Source: a virus
Reading direction: 5' to 3' (one strand)
Virus record (IMG/VR): IMGVR_UViG_3300030060_002742
Span: 1 to 31,275 of that record
DNA: 31,275 nucleotides
Made by a program: the position numbers and the translations under genes
The notes under the pieces: generated by a model
What the model saw: the letters and a program-made list of their open reading frames with translations, nothing else
What the model was told of the DNA's origin: nothing
Database searches by the model: none
Shown here: positions 1 through 10,400 of the stretch, piece after piece
Position numbering within the stretch: the first letter of the stretch is position 1
How the letters are laid out: the number at the start of each line of letters is the position of its first letter

Positions 1-99
1 ATCGGTTACTCCTTAGTGTAAAAGGTTCGACTTTCATTAAATCTACTATTAAATGTAACTAATAATATTTAACGAGACAACGATAACATAACGATAACA
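1..99. repeat. Terminal overlap copy 1 (identical to 31177-31275)
   Basis: Base-by-base comparison by eye: atcggttactccttagtg...cgataacataacgataaca occurs at both ends. Identity stops only because the window ends. Confidence 0.95.
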
Positions 100-114
100 T
101 AACGATAACAAACG
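71..114. repeat. 11-bp tandem array AACGATAACAT x2 + AACGATAACAA, preceded by the degenerate AACGAGAC
   Basis: Units start at 79, 90 and 101, about one helical turn apart. The array lies in the non-coding region between the xis-like gene and the capsid gene. Confidence 0.85.
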
Positions 115-132
115 TAGGGTCTTGATTTTGAA

Positions 133-152
133 CACCGTTTATGATAACGGTG
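133..152 (+). promoter_or_regulatory. Hairpin CACCGTT-tatgat-AACGGTG, about 100 nt upstream of the capsid gene
   Basis: Perfect 7-bp inverted repeat with a 6-nt loop and no following T-run, so it is not a classical terminator. Possible RNA processing or stability element. Confidence 0.4.
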
Positions 153-253
153 AATTATGGACAAGCCATTGTTCGCCCCATCTGTGATTGGACAGTATCC
201 AAAGCCCCTTTTACGGACAAGCGATTTCACCTTAATTTTTTTGGAGATATACA

Positions 254-1108
254 ATGGCAACAACCCTTTCGCCAGCCTTTATTAAATTATTTGAGGCGGA
301 AGTCCATCAAGCCTATCAAGGAGCTGCTGTATTAAGAAACGTCTGTCGAACAAGGACAGGTGTTGTAGGAAATACAGCTCAGTTTCCAAAATTAGGTTCT
401 GGCGTTGCAACGGAAAGGACACCTAGCACGGACGTTGTTCCTGTAGGGGGCGTGTTCTCAGCCGTAACAGCGACTATGAAGGACTTTAGTGCATCAGAAT
501 TTTCTGATATTTTTAATCAACAAAAAGTCAACTTTGACGAAAGATCAGAACTTGCTCAGTTAGTAGGTTCAGCTATCGGACGTAGAGAAGATCAAGTTAT
601 CTTGGACGCTTTGACAGCAGCTACCCCTGCTGCAACTGTAGCTAATACGGTTGTAACTTCAGGTTCAGCTTCTGCATCAGACCTCAATATTGGTAAGATA
701 TTAGCAGCCAAGAAAACTTTAGATACGAACTCTGTGCCACCTGATAACAGGCATTTGATTATTCATGCGAATAACCTAGCTGGTTTATTAGGTGATGAAA
801 GAGCCGTTTCTGCTGACTTCCAAACAATTCGTGCCTTATCCAATGGTGAGGTCAATACCATCTTAGGTTTCCAAGTTCACATGGTGGGCGACAGATCCGA
901 AGGTGGATTAGCAATTGATGGCAGCTCTGACAGAACTTGTTTTGCTTTTCATAGAGATGCAATTGGTCTAGCCGTAGGCATTCCACCAAAGACAGAAATC
1001 AACTATATACCTGAGAAAACTTCTTTCTTGGTAACATCTATGTTTTCTGCTGGTGCGATTTCTATCGATGGCAATGGTCAAGTTGATATTACCTGTAGGG
1101 AGAGTTAA
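254..1108 (+). CDS. Major capsid protein (284 aa)
   Basis: GGAG lies 7 nt upstream of the ATG. It is the first large gene after the scaffold gene in the terminase-portal-scaffold-capsid order, and its size is typical of an HK97-fold coat protein. Confidence 0.75.
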   Translation: MATTLSPAFIKLFEAEVHQAYQGAAVLRNVCRTRTGVVGNTAQFPKLGSGVATERTPSTDVVPVGGVFSAVTATMKDFSASEFSDIFNQQKVNFDERSELAQLVGSAIGRREDQVILDALTAATPAATVANTVVTSGSASASDLNIGKILAAKKTLDTNSVPPDNRHLIIHANNLAGLLGDERAVSADFQTIRALSNGEVNTILGFQVHMVGDRSEGGLAIDGSSDRTCFAFHRDAIGLAVGIPPKTEINYIPEKTSFLVTSMFSAGAISIDGNGQVDITCRES

Positions 1109-1110
1109 TC

Positions 1111-1392
1111 ATGGCTTTTGATAGAACTGGATGGAATCCAATAGGCGGTACATCAAAAAAAGGTTTAGCTCCGCAAATGTGGTCCTATACCTCAACAGAT
1201 GCAAAGACAGATATCGATGCTTCTGGTTATTTTAACGATGTTTCAGATGATGTTAGTGTGGGCGATCTTATCTATGTTCATGCTTCAACAGGTGGAACAA
1301 GAACTTATAGTTTGCACCCTGTCGTATCCAATGCGTCAGGTGTTGTAGATATAGGTGATGGTACAGCTATTAGTGCAACTGATAGTGACTAA
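1111..1392 (+). CDS. Small head-region protein, function unknown (93 aa)
   Basis: Starts 2 nt after the capsid stop. Position is that of a decoration or head-completion protein. No motif recognised. Confidence 0.55.
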   Translation: MAFDRTGWNPIGGTSKKGLAPQMWSYTSTDAKTDIDASGYFNDVSDDVSVGDLIYVHASTGGTRTYSLHPVVSNASGVVDIGDGTAISATDSD

Positions 1393-1407
1393 ATAAAAGG
1401 TGACGTA

Positions 1408-2022
1408 ATGGCTGCTGGCGATACAGATGTTTCTATTTGCTCCGAAGCATTAATACTTTTAGGTCAATCAGCCATTACTTCCTTTGATGACGGTACTGCT
1501 GGATCAGGTGCAGCAGCTAAAATATATCCAAAAGTTAAATCCGCTACGTTAGGCATGTATCCGTGGACGTTCACACTTGCCAAGGTTCAACTATCACGAT
1601 TAGCCGACGCTCCCACAAATGTCTGGCAATATGCTTATGCTCTACCCTCTCAAATGCTTACAGGAGTGCCACGACGGGTTTTTGCGTCCGATAGTGTAGG
1701 GGCTACTGTAATAAAAAATTACGAAATTCAAGGTAGTTCTTTACTTACGGATTTTGAGAAAATCTTTGTGGACTTTCAGCAAACGGTAGACGAGCAATCT
1801 ATGCCAGATTACTTTGTTAAATTATTGACTTATCAAATGGCTTGGCATCTAGCGATACCAATTACAGATCAGGCTACCATGCTTGACACATATAGAACCA
1901 TTGCTTTAGGAACTTTGGCTGAAAGTGGACGAGGTGGGTATTTTCGGACGGCTACTAGCATCGATAGTGCTGGTCAAAGCACGACAGTTATTGGGGATTA
2001 TTTACTGACAGAGGTTCGCTAA
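1408..2022 (+). CDS. Tail tubular protein A / adaptor (T7 gp11-like, 204 aa)
   Basis: AAGGTG RBS. The N-terminal pattern ICSEALILLGQSAITSFDD...YPW.F resembles gp11-family adaptors. It lies directly upstream of the nozzle gene and is coupled to it by TAATG. Confidence 0.6.
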   Translation: MAAGDTDVSICSEALILLGQSAITSFDDGTAGSGAAAKIYPKVKSATLGMYPWTFTLAKVQLSRLADAPTNVWQYAYALPSQMLTGVPRRVFASDSVGATVIKNYEIQGSSLLTDFEKIFVDFQQTVDEQSMPDYFVKLLTYQMAWHLAIPITDQATMLDTYRTIALGTLAESGRGGYFRTATSIDSAGQSTTVIGDYLLTEVR

Positions 2023-4064
2023 TGAGCCGTGTAACTGTATACCAGTCAGATTTTAGTTCAGGGGTTCTTGATCCTCTATTGTTAGGCCGTATTGATTTGG
2101 ACCAATATAAAAAGGGTTTAGAAGAAGCCAAGAATGTAATTGTTTTACCTCAAGGTGGTTTTGAACGTAGACCAGGCACACGCTTCATGCTTGATCTAAC
2201 GTCCCATTTAGGAAGCGGTATTACAGCTACACAAGGGATTAGGCTTATTCCTTTTGAGTTTTCTACCAGTCAGTCTTTCATGCTTGCGTTTGTAAAGAAC
2301 TCTACATCATCAAGTAACAATGTTAGGATGTTTGTCTTTGCGTCAAAGGTACAGATTACAGGGATTAATGGCGGTTCTGATCCGTACCTAGAAGTTTCAA
2401 TGGGAGACATTGACTTATCCAAGGTAAACTTTACGCAATCGGCTGATACTCTTATTCTAGTTCACGAAGATATGTCTCCTATAAGCATTGTAAGAGGAGC
2501 AAGTAATTCTTCTTGGACAGCAGCGACTATTGCTTTAACGATCCCAAAACACGCTTTTACATTAGGTAAGGCTCAAATCTCAGGTAATGTTACACCCTCT
2601 GCTACTTCCGGCTCAATCACCCTAACCTCGGCTGGAAGTAGCTTTACCTCTGCTCATGTTGATCAGTTCTTTACAAGAGATGATGGTTTTGGACGGGTTC
2701 GTATTGTAGAGTTTGTGTCTTCTTCTGAAGTCATAGGTGTTGTAGAAGTACCTTTTTTAAACACGACGGCAATAGCAGATACAGCCCACCATATCGAAAA
2801 TGGTTATGAAGATGCTTTCTCAACATCAAGAGGGTTTCCAAGGTCAGCAACTTTTCACGAAGGTCGGTTGTTTTTTGGTGGCACGAAATCGTTACCTAAT
2901 ACTTTGTTTGGAAGTAGGGTTAATGACTTTTTTAACTTCAAACAATCTCAAGCTCTAGACGACGATGCTTTAAAAGCGAACCTGAGTTCTGACCGCCTAA
3001 ATGCGATTACAAATGTTTTTGCTGCTCGTGACTTACAAATCTTTACAACAGGCGGTGAGTTCTTTGTTCAGCAAACAGAGATTACACCGATTACGCCTAC
3101 CAATCTCACAGTCAAATCAGCCACTAAGAATGGATCAAAAGAAGGTATACGACCTGTTCAAACATCTGATGCAACTTTGTTTATTGATCGTAATGGCGGT
3201 GGCTTGAGAGAGTTTCTCTATAATGATGCACAGTTAAACTATAATGCGAATAACGTATCTTTCTTGGCTAGTCACTTGATCAAGACCCCATTGAAGATGG
3301 CTATCCGTCAATCCACCGATACAGACGAAGGTGATCTTTTATTGATTGCAAATGGTACTGATGGATCTATGGCTTGTTTTTCTATACTTAGACCATTGAA
3401 TGTTGTTGCTGCCAGTGAGTTCGTTACGGATGGTAGTTTCATTGATGTCTCTGTTGATGTTACAGACATTTATACCGTGGTCACACGAACCATAAATTCA
3501 GCAACAAAACACTACGTAGAACTCTTTGATGCTCAAAGAACTACTGATTGCAATTTACAGTTTTTCTCAGGTTCATCCTCTCCAGATGGATCACTTCCCG
3601 GCAGTACTTCTGTCTCTGGCCTTTCTCACTTAGAGGCTAAAACGGTTAAAATCCTTAGAGATGGTTTCGTGTTGTTGGATAAAACCGTGTCGTCAGGTTC
3701 CGTCACAACGGACGTTACTCCATCCGAATACGTAGAGGTCGGACTTGATTACACGGTTGAAGTGAAAACATTACCTTCGGAACCCAACCTGTCCACAGGT
3801 CCAGTTCAATCTAGAAAACGTAGAATTATGGAAGTGACCCCTATTTTAAAAACAACACAAAACGTATCCGTCAATGGCTTTGATGTTCACTTTCGAACCT
3901 TGTCAGATACGCTTGGTTCAACGATTACTGCTTTTACAGGCCGAAAAAGGATTGGCCCTCTTTTAGGTTTTTCAGAAACAGCACAGATTACCTTTTCTCA
4001 ATCTCAACCACTATTCATGACGGTTTTATCCGTAGAATATAAACTAAGTACGGCAGCGAACTAA
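2022..4064 (+). CDS. Tail tubular protein B / nozzle (T7 gp12-like, 680 aa)
   Basis: N-terminus ...FSSGVLDPLLLGRIDLDQYKKGL..N.IVLPQGGFERRPGTRF is typical of podovirus nozzle proteins. Size and position also fit. Confidence 0.7.
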   Translation: MSRVTVYQSDFSSGVLDPLLLGRIDLDQYKKGLEEAKNVIVLPQGGFERRPGTRFMLDLTSHLGSGITATQGIRLIPFEFSTSQSFMLAFVKNSTSSSNNVRMFVFASKVQITGINGGSDPYLEVSMGDIDLSKVNFTQSADTLILVHEDMSPISIVRGASNSSWTAATIALTIPKHAFTLGKAQISGNVTPSATSGSITLTSAGSSFTSAHVDQFFTRDDGFGRVRIVEFVSSSEVIGVVEVPFLNTTAIADTAHHIENGYEDAFSTSRGFPRSATFHEGRLFFGGTKSLPNTLFGSRVNDFFNFKQSQALDDDALKANLSSDRLNAITNVFAARDLQIFTTGGEFFVQQTEITPITPTNLTVKSATKNGSKEGIRPVQTSDATLFIDRNGGGLREFLYNDAQLNYNANNVSFLASHLIKTPLKMAIRQSTDTDEGDLLLIANGTDGSMACFSILRPLNVVAASEFVTDGSFIDVSVDVTDIYTVVTRTINSATKHYVELFDAQRTTDCNLQFFSGSSSPDGSLPGSTSVSGLSHLEAKTVKILRDGFVLLDKTVSSGSVTTDVTPSEYVEVGLDYTVEVKTLPSEPNLSTGPVQSRKRRIMEVTPILKTTQNVSVNGFDVHFRTLSDTLGSTITAFTGRKRIGPLLGFSETAQITFSQSQPLFMTVLSVEYKLSTAAN

Positions 4065-4519
4065 TGGCAACAATTGGAACAATATTTACAGGTGCTGCAC
4101 TAGCTACAAATATGATGGCTGCTCAACAGCAAAGAAGAGCTGGTGCATTAACGCAACAACGATACAATGTTCAGGCAGAGAATGAACGTCTGAAGTATCG
4201 CTTTGAAGCCAATAGAAGTAGACAACAAACTGCACAAATACTTAGAAGAGCCAATGAAACACTTGCTTCAGCCAATGCTGGTTCGTATCGTAGAGGAGTT
4301 GATCCCTCTACATTTAACCTTGCGATCAACACGAGAATTCTTTCTCCGGCAATTACTGATTTAATTCAATCAGATGTCAACACACAACTTGCTGAACTTT
4401 CAGGCGAAGCACAATATGCTGATTTAATTAAGGCCGGGGAAATAGCCAAAGAAGGAGGAATTGCTGCTGGAACTATGACAATGGCAAGTGGTTTTCTTAA
4501 TGCAGCGAGGATTGGCTAA
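4064..4519 (+). CDS. Internal virion/ejection protein, small (151 aa)
   Basis: TAATG-coupled to the nozzle gene. Hydrophobic N- and C-terminal segments with a Gln/Arg-rich centre. Position is equivalent to T7 gp13/14. Confidence 0.5.
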   Translation: MATIGTIFTGAALATNMMAAQQQRRAGALTQQRYNVQAENERLKYRFEANRSRQQTAQILRRANETLASANAGSYRRGVDPSTFNLAINTRILSPAITDLIQSDVNTQLAELSGEAQYADLIKAGEIAKEGGIAAGTMTMASGFLNAARIG

Positions 4520-6420
4520 TGGTAGCTCCTTATAAGCGTACGGGGTTGATGACCGCTAGTTTTCAAGGGGCAAGAGGTGCAGCCTTAACTGAAGGTATTC
4601 GATCAGCTAATGCTTTGACTAGTCAGCTTAGTCAAATGTCTAATTTCTTTTTTAACCAAGCAGCACAACAAAGACGTATTGAAGGTCAAGAGTTTGGAGC
4701 TGCCAATGCACCAACCTTTGAAGAACTATTAGAAGCACAAAAGCAAGGAAAAAATCTTCTTGACTTTGCACCCACAGTATTTGGTCGTTCAGCAAAAGAA
4801 GCAGCATTAGCTACAGTAGAAAATGAAGTTACAGTAGATGCACAGAAAAGATTTGATGAACTTGCTTTCGAAGCCAATAAAAAAATGGTTAGTCCTACTG
4901 TTTTAAGGGATGATTTAGATGCAACTATTTTAGGATACAGTGAGGTTTTACAAGCAACATCCCCTGCCCTTGTAAGAAATTTGTCTGCAAAATTATCTTT
5001 AAATGCTAACAATATATTTGATAGCTATAGAAAATCTTACGCAAGAGCATCAGCACAAAAATCAACTCTTGTAAATGTAGCTGCTCTCAATGTTGCAGAA
5101 AGAAATGTAATAGACGCATGGCAAAACCTCTTGGATGAACCTGATTTAACTGAAGATAAAGTTAAGGAAGAAGAAGTAGTTTTAAAATTAATTTATCAAA
5201 ATGAACTTATGAAAAATGGTTCAAAGACAACAAAGTCTGACATGAATAGAATTGATAAAGCTTTTAGGGATATTGCAAAAGCAAAGGTACAAAACTTTTT
5301 AGTTAATAACAGGGGAAATTTAAGTTTTAATATTGAGGCTATTCGTAAAAAATTTGGTGTTAAAGGCATTGATCCACAAGATGTAACAACACCAACAATA
5401 AATGGAATAATTAATTTTTTAACCGATGCAGAAAAAAATGCAATAATTACAACATCACTTGCAAACTATAGCGCAGAAAACACCCTTATTCAACAACAAG
5501 ATAACGCTTATGAAAATCGTCGAAAAGCTGCAAATGAAAGACTTTTAGTTTCAACCATTAATCTTTTATCAGGAATGCCAGTTGAGTTAGAGAACGGCAC
5601 AAAAATAATTCCTTATGATAATGAAGGTGTTTTAACAGAAGATGCAAGTCTTTTGCTAAATACTATAGCAAATAGGGCTCTAAATAGTGGAGCAGAAAAT
5701 GCAGAACAAATTTATAATGATATAACTACATCTATTAATGATGCAGATGGAAAAGTATTTAGATCACAACCAGGGTTAAAAGCAAGATTAGCACAAAAAA
5801 TAAGCAGTGGAAGTTTTACTTATCAAGACCTAGCAACTAATGCTCCTAATTTAAGTGCAAAAGATTTAGCAGAATTAAAAATACAATTAGATGGCGTTAA
5901 GGATGTAGATTTAGAAATAGCTCTAAATAATGGTGCAGAAGCTTTAAATAATTATGTAAGAGAAACTGAAGCTTTAGCTTTTTTTCATCCAAGGTATGAA
6001 GATCAAAGACTATACTTCAACTACGAAAATTATATGATTAAACAATTACTTAAAGCAAGACGAGGTGGTGAACCTTTTGATGCGGAGTTAGCTAAAGATA
6101 AATGGTTTACAGAATTTAAAGGTGATCTTAAAAAACAATATAAAATAGAGTACACATCTAAATTTAATTCAATAACTAATCAAATTCTTACTGGCTCTGA
6201 CAGTGCAAAAGTACCCAAAAAACAACTAGGTCAAAACTTATCTAATCTATTGGAAAATATAGTTAAAAACACTGAACGACAACAATCAGACTATCAAGCG
6301 ATTTTAAATGAACTAAGAAAGCAAAGGCAAAATAATTTTAACAACAATTCAGTTTTTCAAAAGCAAGGACCACAGGTAATATTTTTATTAGAGAAATTAA
6401 TAGAGAATATGAATGAGTGA
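4519..6420 (+). CDS. Internal virion/ejection protein (633 aa)
   Basis: TAATG-coupled long ORF between the nozzle and fibre genes. No enzymatic motif recognised. The function call is positional only. Confidence 0.5.
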   Translation: MVAPYKRTGLMTASFQGARGAALTEGIRSANALTSQLSQMSNFFFNQAAQQRRIEGQEFGAANAPTFEELLEAQKQGKNLLDFAPTVFGRSAKEAALATVENEVTVDAQKRFDELAFEANKKMVSPTVLRDDLDATILGYSEVLQATSPALVRNLSAKLSLNANNIFDSYRKSYARASAQKSTLVNVAALNVAERNVIDAWQNLLDEPDLTEDKVKEEEVVLKLIYQNELMKNGSKTTKSDMNRIDKAFRDIAKAKVQNFLVNNRGNLSFNIEAIRKKFGVKGIDPQDVTTPTINGIINFLTDAEKNAIITTSLANYSAENTLIQQQDNAYENRRKAANERLLVSTINLLSGMPVELENGTKIIPYDNEGVLTEDASLLLNTIANRALNSGAENAEQIYNDITTSINDADGKVFRSQPGLKARLAQKISSGSFTYQDLATNAPNLSAKDLAELKIQLDGVKDVDLEIALNNGAEALNNYVRETEALAFFHPRYEDQRLYFNYENYMIKQLLKARRGGEPFDAELAKDKWFTEFKGDLKKQYKIEYTSKFNSITNQILTGSDSAKVPKKQLGQNLSNLLENIVKNTERQQSDYQAILNELRKQRQNNFNNNSVFQKQGPQVIFLLEKLIENMNE

Positions 6421-7435
6421 ATTTTACGATGCTATTTCCAAATCAAGATCAAGAAGGCAAAGTGGTCTTGCATTTAATCAAACCTTTACACCAGAAGGTT
6501 CATTCTTTTCGTTAACAAAAGAAGATGCAGCTAGTATAGGTGCAGTACGGTCAGAAGGTTATAAACCAATTCCTACTGAACAAGGTGGTGGTACGGATCG
6601 TGAGTTTATGACAGAAGTAAATTTATCTGATCCAACTACAGATCTTGGTAAGGTATGGATAGAAAATAGCAAAAAACTTTATGAGTTGTCTAAAGGTGAG
6701 AGCCAACAAGAACAAGCAGCAAAGTTTAATACTGATCCTGTACCTGATATGTTATTCAATCCAGCCAAAGGTAGAGATTTAAGACCTAAATCTGTTAAGA
6801 CATTTCAGGAGAATAAGGTCAATAAAGAACCTCAAACAGATCAAGAGTTTGCTCAATGGGGTATTAACCATATTGGTTATATTAACTACAACCTTTCATA
6901 TCTTGGTGTTAAAGCAACAGAAACAGTTTTAAGTAATGACCCAGAAACATCTTTGGCATTGTATCAAATGATGAATATGTACGATGAACTACCAAACTTT
7001 ACTAAAGAAGGCACAATAAGAACTGTAAAAGGTTTAGCTACTGATCCACTTACATACATAGGATTGTCTACGTTGGGTCTTGCTGCACTTGGTAAAAATA
7101 TTGTTGTTAAAATGACAAAGAGTAAACTTAAAAAATCATTAGCTAACAACATCAAAGACAAATACGGTATGGACATTTTACTTGCTATTGAAGGTGGCTC
7201 ATACATGGGTGCTGACGATATTGCAAGACAAACAATAGCTATTAGTGCAGAAGAACAAGAAGGTATTGATGCTGGACAAACAGGAGAAAGTATTGCCACA
7301 GGTGCTGTTCTTGGTCCTGTAGCTGGTCGAGCATTGAACGTAGCTGGTAAAGGGGTATCTGCTGCAACCTCCAAAGCAAAAGAAATAATTAAGAATAGAA
7401 CTGAAAAATCAAAGGAAACTCCTGATGGTTCGTAA
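6413..7435 (+). CDS. Internal virion/ejection protein (340 aa)
   Basis: 8-nt overlap with the preceding gene. The C-terminal half is Gly/Ala-rich and hydrophobic (LSTLGLAALG..., AVLGPVAGRALNVAG), consistent with membrane insertion. Confidence 0.5.
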   Translation: MSEFYDAISKSRSRRQSGLAFNQTFTPEGSFFSLTKEDAASIGAVRSEGYKPIPTEQGGGTDREFMTEVNLSDPTTDLGKVWIENSKKLYELSKGESQQEQAAKFNTDPVPDMLFNPAKGRDLRPKSVKTFQENKVNKEPQTDQEFAQWGINHIGYINYNLSYLGVKATETVLSNDPETSLALYQMMNMYDELPNFTKEGTIRTVKGLATDPLTYIGLSTLGLAALGKNIVVKMTKSKLKKSLANNIKDKYGMDILLAIEGGSYMGADDIARQTIAISAEEQEGIDAGQTGESIATGAVLGPVAGRALNVAGKGVSAATSKAKEIIKNRTEKSKETPDGS

Positions 7436-10400
7436 ACTTATTCAAGAAGGACTTAGAAAAGGTACTGATGCATTTGCCGATACACTTGGAAATGTTGGGA
7501 AAGAAGCCAAAGCTAAAATATATGGTCCTGATGCTCCAGAAGAAGATATAATTGTTTCTAAAAAAACAGGTACTATTACCGTTAAAGAACTTGGTAATTC
7601 TGAAATTGATGCTATAGACAAAGCAATTAAAGGAGCTGGTTTTAAGGGTAATGTTAATTATGGTTTAGATTTTAAAAAACTTGGGACGCTACTTAAAGAT
7701 AGATTTGACGATGGTACGGTAGATGATCCTTTTTATAGTGATTTTGCAGCACAAGAAGTCTTTGGACTTATGCAACACATAAAAGAAAATAATGCTGAAC
7801 TTTTTAAATATTTTAGAAGAGAAAAAAAATCTCTTATCGAACTTGCAGAAAGTGTAAAAGGTACACCTCTTGAAACAACAATAGCTACTTTTGTAGGCAG
7901 AGTACCAGGCAAAGACCCATTGCCACTACCTGAAGATACATTAGCTGGTCTTATAGCAAGTTATAGAATAACAGATGAATTATTAGCCATACAAAAGGAG
8001 CAGTTAAAAACACAGGATCTAGAGAGCAAAAAACTATTATCACAAAGGTTTGCTTTATTAGGTCAAATACAGGTTAGTTTATCTGCTTCTGTTTCTGGAA
8101 ATGTATCTGAATATGCTAGAGGTATGTCTGTTGTCAGAGGTTTTGCAACTATGTCTGATTTTAACATAAATACCTATACTGAAAATTTAAATCGTATAAT
8201 TAAAGACTTACCAGTTAATGCTTTTGAATGGGATCAAATGTCACCAGCAGAGCATAATCTTATGGCTCTTCAATATTCACAATTACACCCTGCTGGTAAA
8301 AAGTTTTTTACTAAAAATCTATATAATTGGATACCAAAAGCAGGTGCAAAAACATACGATACAATTATGGAAATATATGTCAATTCTGTACTTGCAGCAC
8401 TACCAACACACATGGCCAATGTAACAGGTGGAGCTGTATTTCAGGCTATGTTGATTGCTGAAAAAGGTATGGCAGCAAGAATTGGACAGGTTCGACAGGG
8501 TATAGGTAGAGCTGTTGGAATGAATATGAATAACGCTGATAGAGTGCTTGTCGGTGAAGCTATGGCAGAAATACATGGTGTTCAAATGTCTTTAATGAAC
8601 GCATTTAAGGTTTTAGGTAATTCTTTTATCACAGGAGAAAGGTCAGATTTTCAATCTAAAATTGATTTAAGAGATTTACAAGCTATTGGTAATGAAGAAA
8701 GTATCCCTGCAATATTAAAAAATCTAGGTCGAAAAGATTTATTTTTAAATGTTATTGATATTGTAGGAATTATGACAAGAATGCCAGGTCGTTTTTTAGC
8801 ATCTGAAGATGAGTTTTTTAAGGTGCTGTCTAGAGAAAGAGTTAAATACAGGGAAGCTTTTAGAAGAGCATCATTAGTACAACAAGAAATACTTAAAGCG
8901 AACTCAAGTGGCATATACTTAGGCAATAGAGAACAAGTACAAGAATTAGCTAACAATAAATTTTCTGAGGTATATGAGGATATTTTATTGAACACTAGTC
9001 AAAACAAACATGAAGATGTTTATCAAATGATGAAAGACGAAGCATTAGAAAGTACATTTCAAAATCCATTAGAGGGAATACAGGCTTCATTTGCTAAAAT
9101 AGCTAATATACCAGCACTGAAACCATTTTTCTTTTTGTTTGTTAAAACACCTGTCAACTTATTTAATCAATCTGCTAACAGGGCATTTCCGTTTTCTCCT
9201 GTTTATAAAGCAATAACCAAAGGACCAGGTGCTGTTTCTGGTAAAGAATACGATGAAGCCTTGGCAAAGCTTGCGACAGGTTGGGGTATTTTTGTTACAA
9301 TGCAAAGTATTATGCATTCTGGTATTGCTGACAACATAGTAAGGTTTGTTTCTGGTGCTGGATATGAAGAAGATTATAAATTAAAAGGAACACTTGGTCC
9401 TAATTTTAAAGGTAAACTACGTCAAGCAGATACAGGTAAACAACCATACGCTATAGAAATGAAAAACGCAGACGGCAATTGGGAAAGCATTTCATTACAA
9501 AGACTTGATCCTATATCTGGTACTATAGCTATGATGATAGATACCGCCTTAATGCTACAAAATATGCCAGACGATGAAGGTATGTTATCTGCTGTTACAG
9601 ATGCTTCATTAGCCACTATATTTGCACTTGCAGAATTTTCATCTTCACAAACCTATTTACAAGGTATGTCTGATATTATGCGTGAATTTCAAAATCCTAC
9701 TGGTGAACAAGGAAAAGCCTTTGAAAGATTGGGAAGGTTTTTTGGTGGTAAGCTTGTTGATATAGGAACAAATGTAACTGGTTCTGCTATGGGTCGTATG
9801 TCCTTTGGTCTTGGTAATGCAGCAAATGAATATTTAGGTTATCCAGTTATAGGAGCTACATCTTTTACAGGTATGATGGAAAGAATGAAAGACCCAAGAG
9901 GTAGCAATACTGAGTTAACAGAAATGCAAATGGGTAATTACAATAATTATAATGATATGCCATCGTTTATGGTTGGTGCGTTTAAAGCTTTAAATCGTGC
10001 AAAAGCAAGAGACCCTGTATTCTCTGCATCTGTAGAACCAAGTTTAGATTATTGGGGTAATAATTTAATGCAAGGTGAAGGTAGAGAATTTACTATAGAT
10101 ACACCCTTTGGAAAAGAAGTTGTTGTTAGACCAAGAATGGTAGTAGGTTTAGGTAAAAAACAAATTATAAAACCAAGTATAATTGAAGATGAACTCCACA
10201 GAATAACAATGGCTGGCGGTCCTGTCCTTGAACCTCGTCATAGAAAATACATAGAGATAGGTGGAGAATATATAAACCTGACAGCAGAAGAACAAACCGC
10301 ATACAACAGGACTTTTAATTCTATAGATGAAAATGGAAGATTACCTGGTATGGTTGGATATAATCCAGAACTTACTGTCCAGAAAAAAATGGAAAGAATA

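Noticed and set aside
71-114. Short tandem arrays (71-114 and 23653-23706) as CRISPR arrays
   Set aside because: The units are 9-11 bp with no spacers, no repeats of 24 bp or longer, and no cas genes.
149-159. Identical 11-mer GGTGAATTATG at 149-159 and 21104-21114
   Set aside because: On the order of a hundred identical 11-mer pairs are expected by chance in a 31-kb self-comparison, and the similarity does not extend beyond the 11-mer.
69-335. 64-aa ORFs on both strands (69-263 minus, 141-335 plus) and a 42-aa ORF from the ATG at 157
   Set aside because: They lie in the repeat-rich non-coding hub, overlap the well-supported capsid start, have low-complexity or odd composition, and lack a good RBS. 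The hairpin arm AACGGTG before the ATG at 157 is a weak SD.
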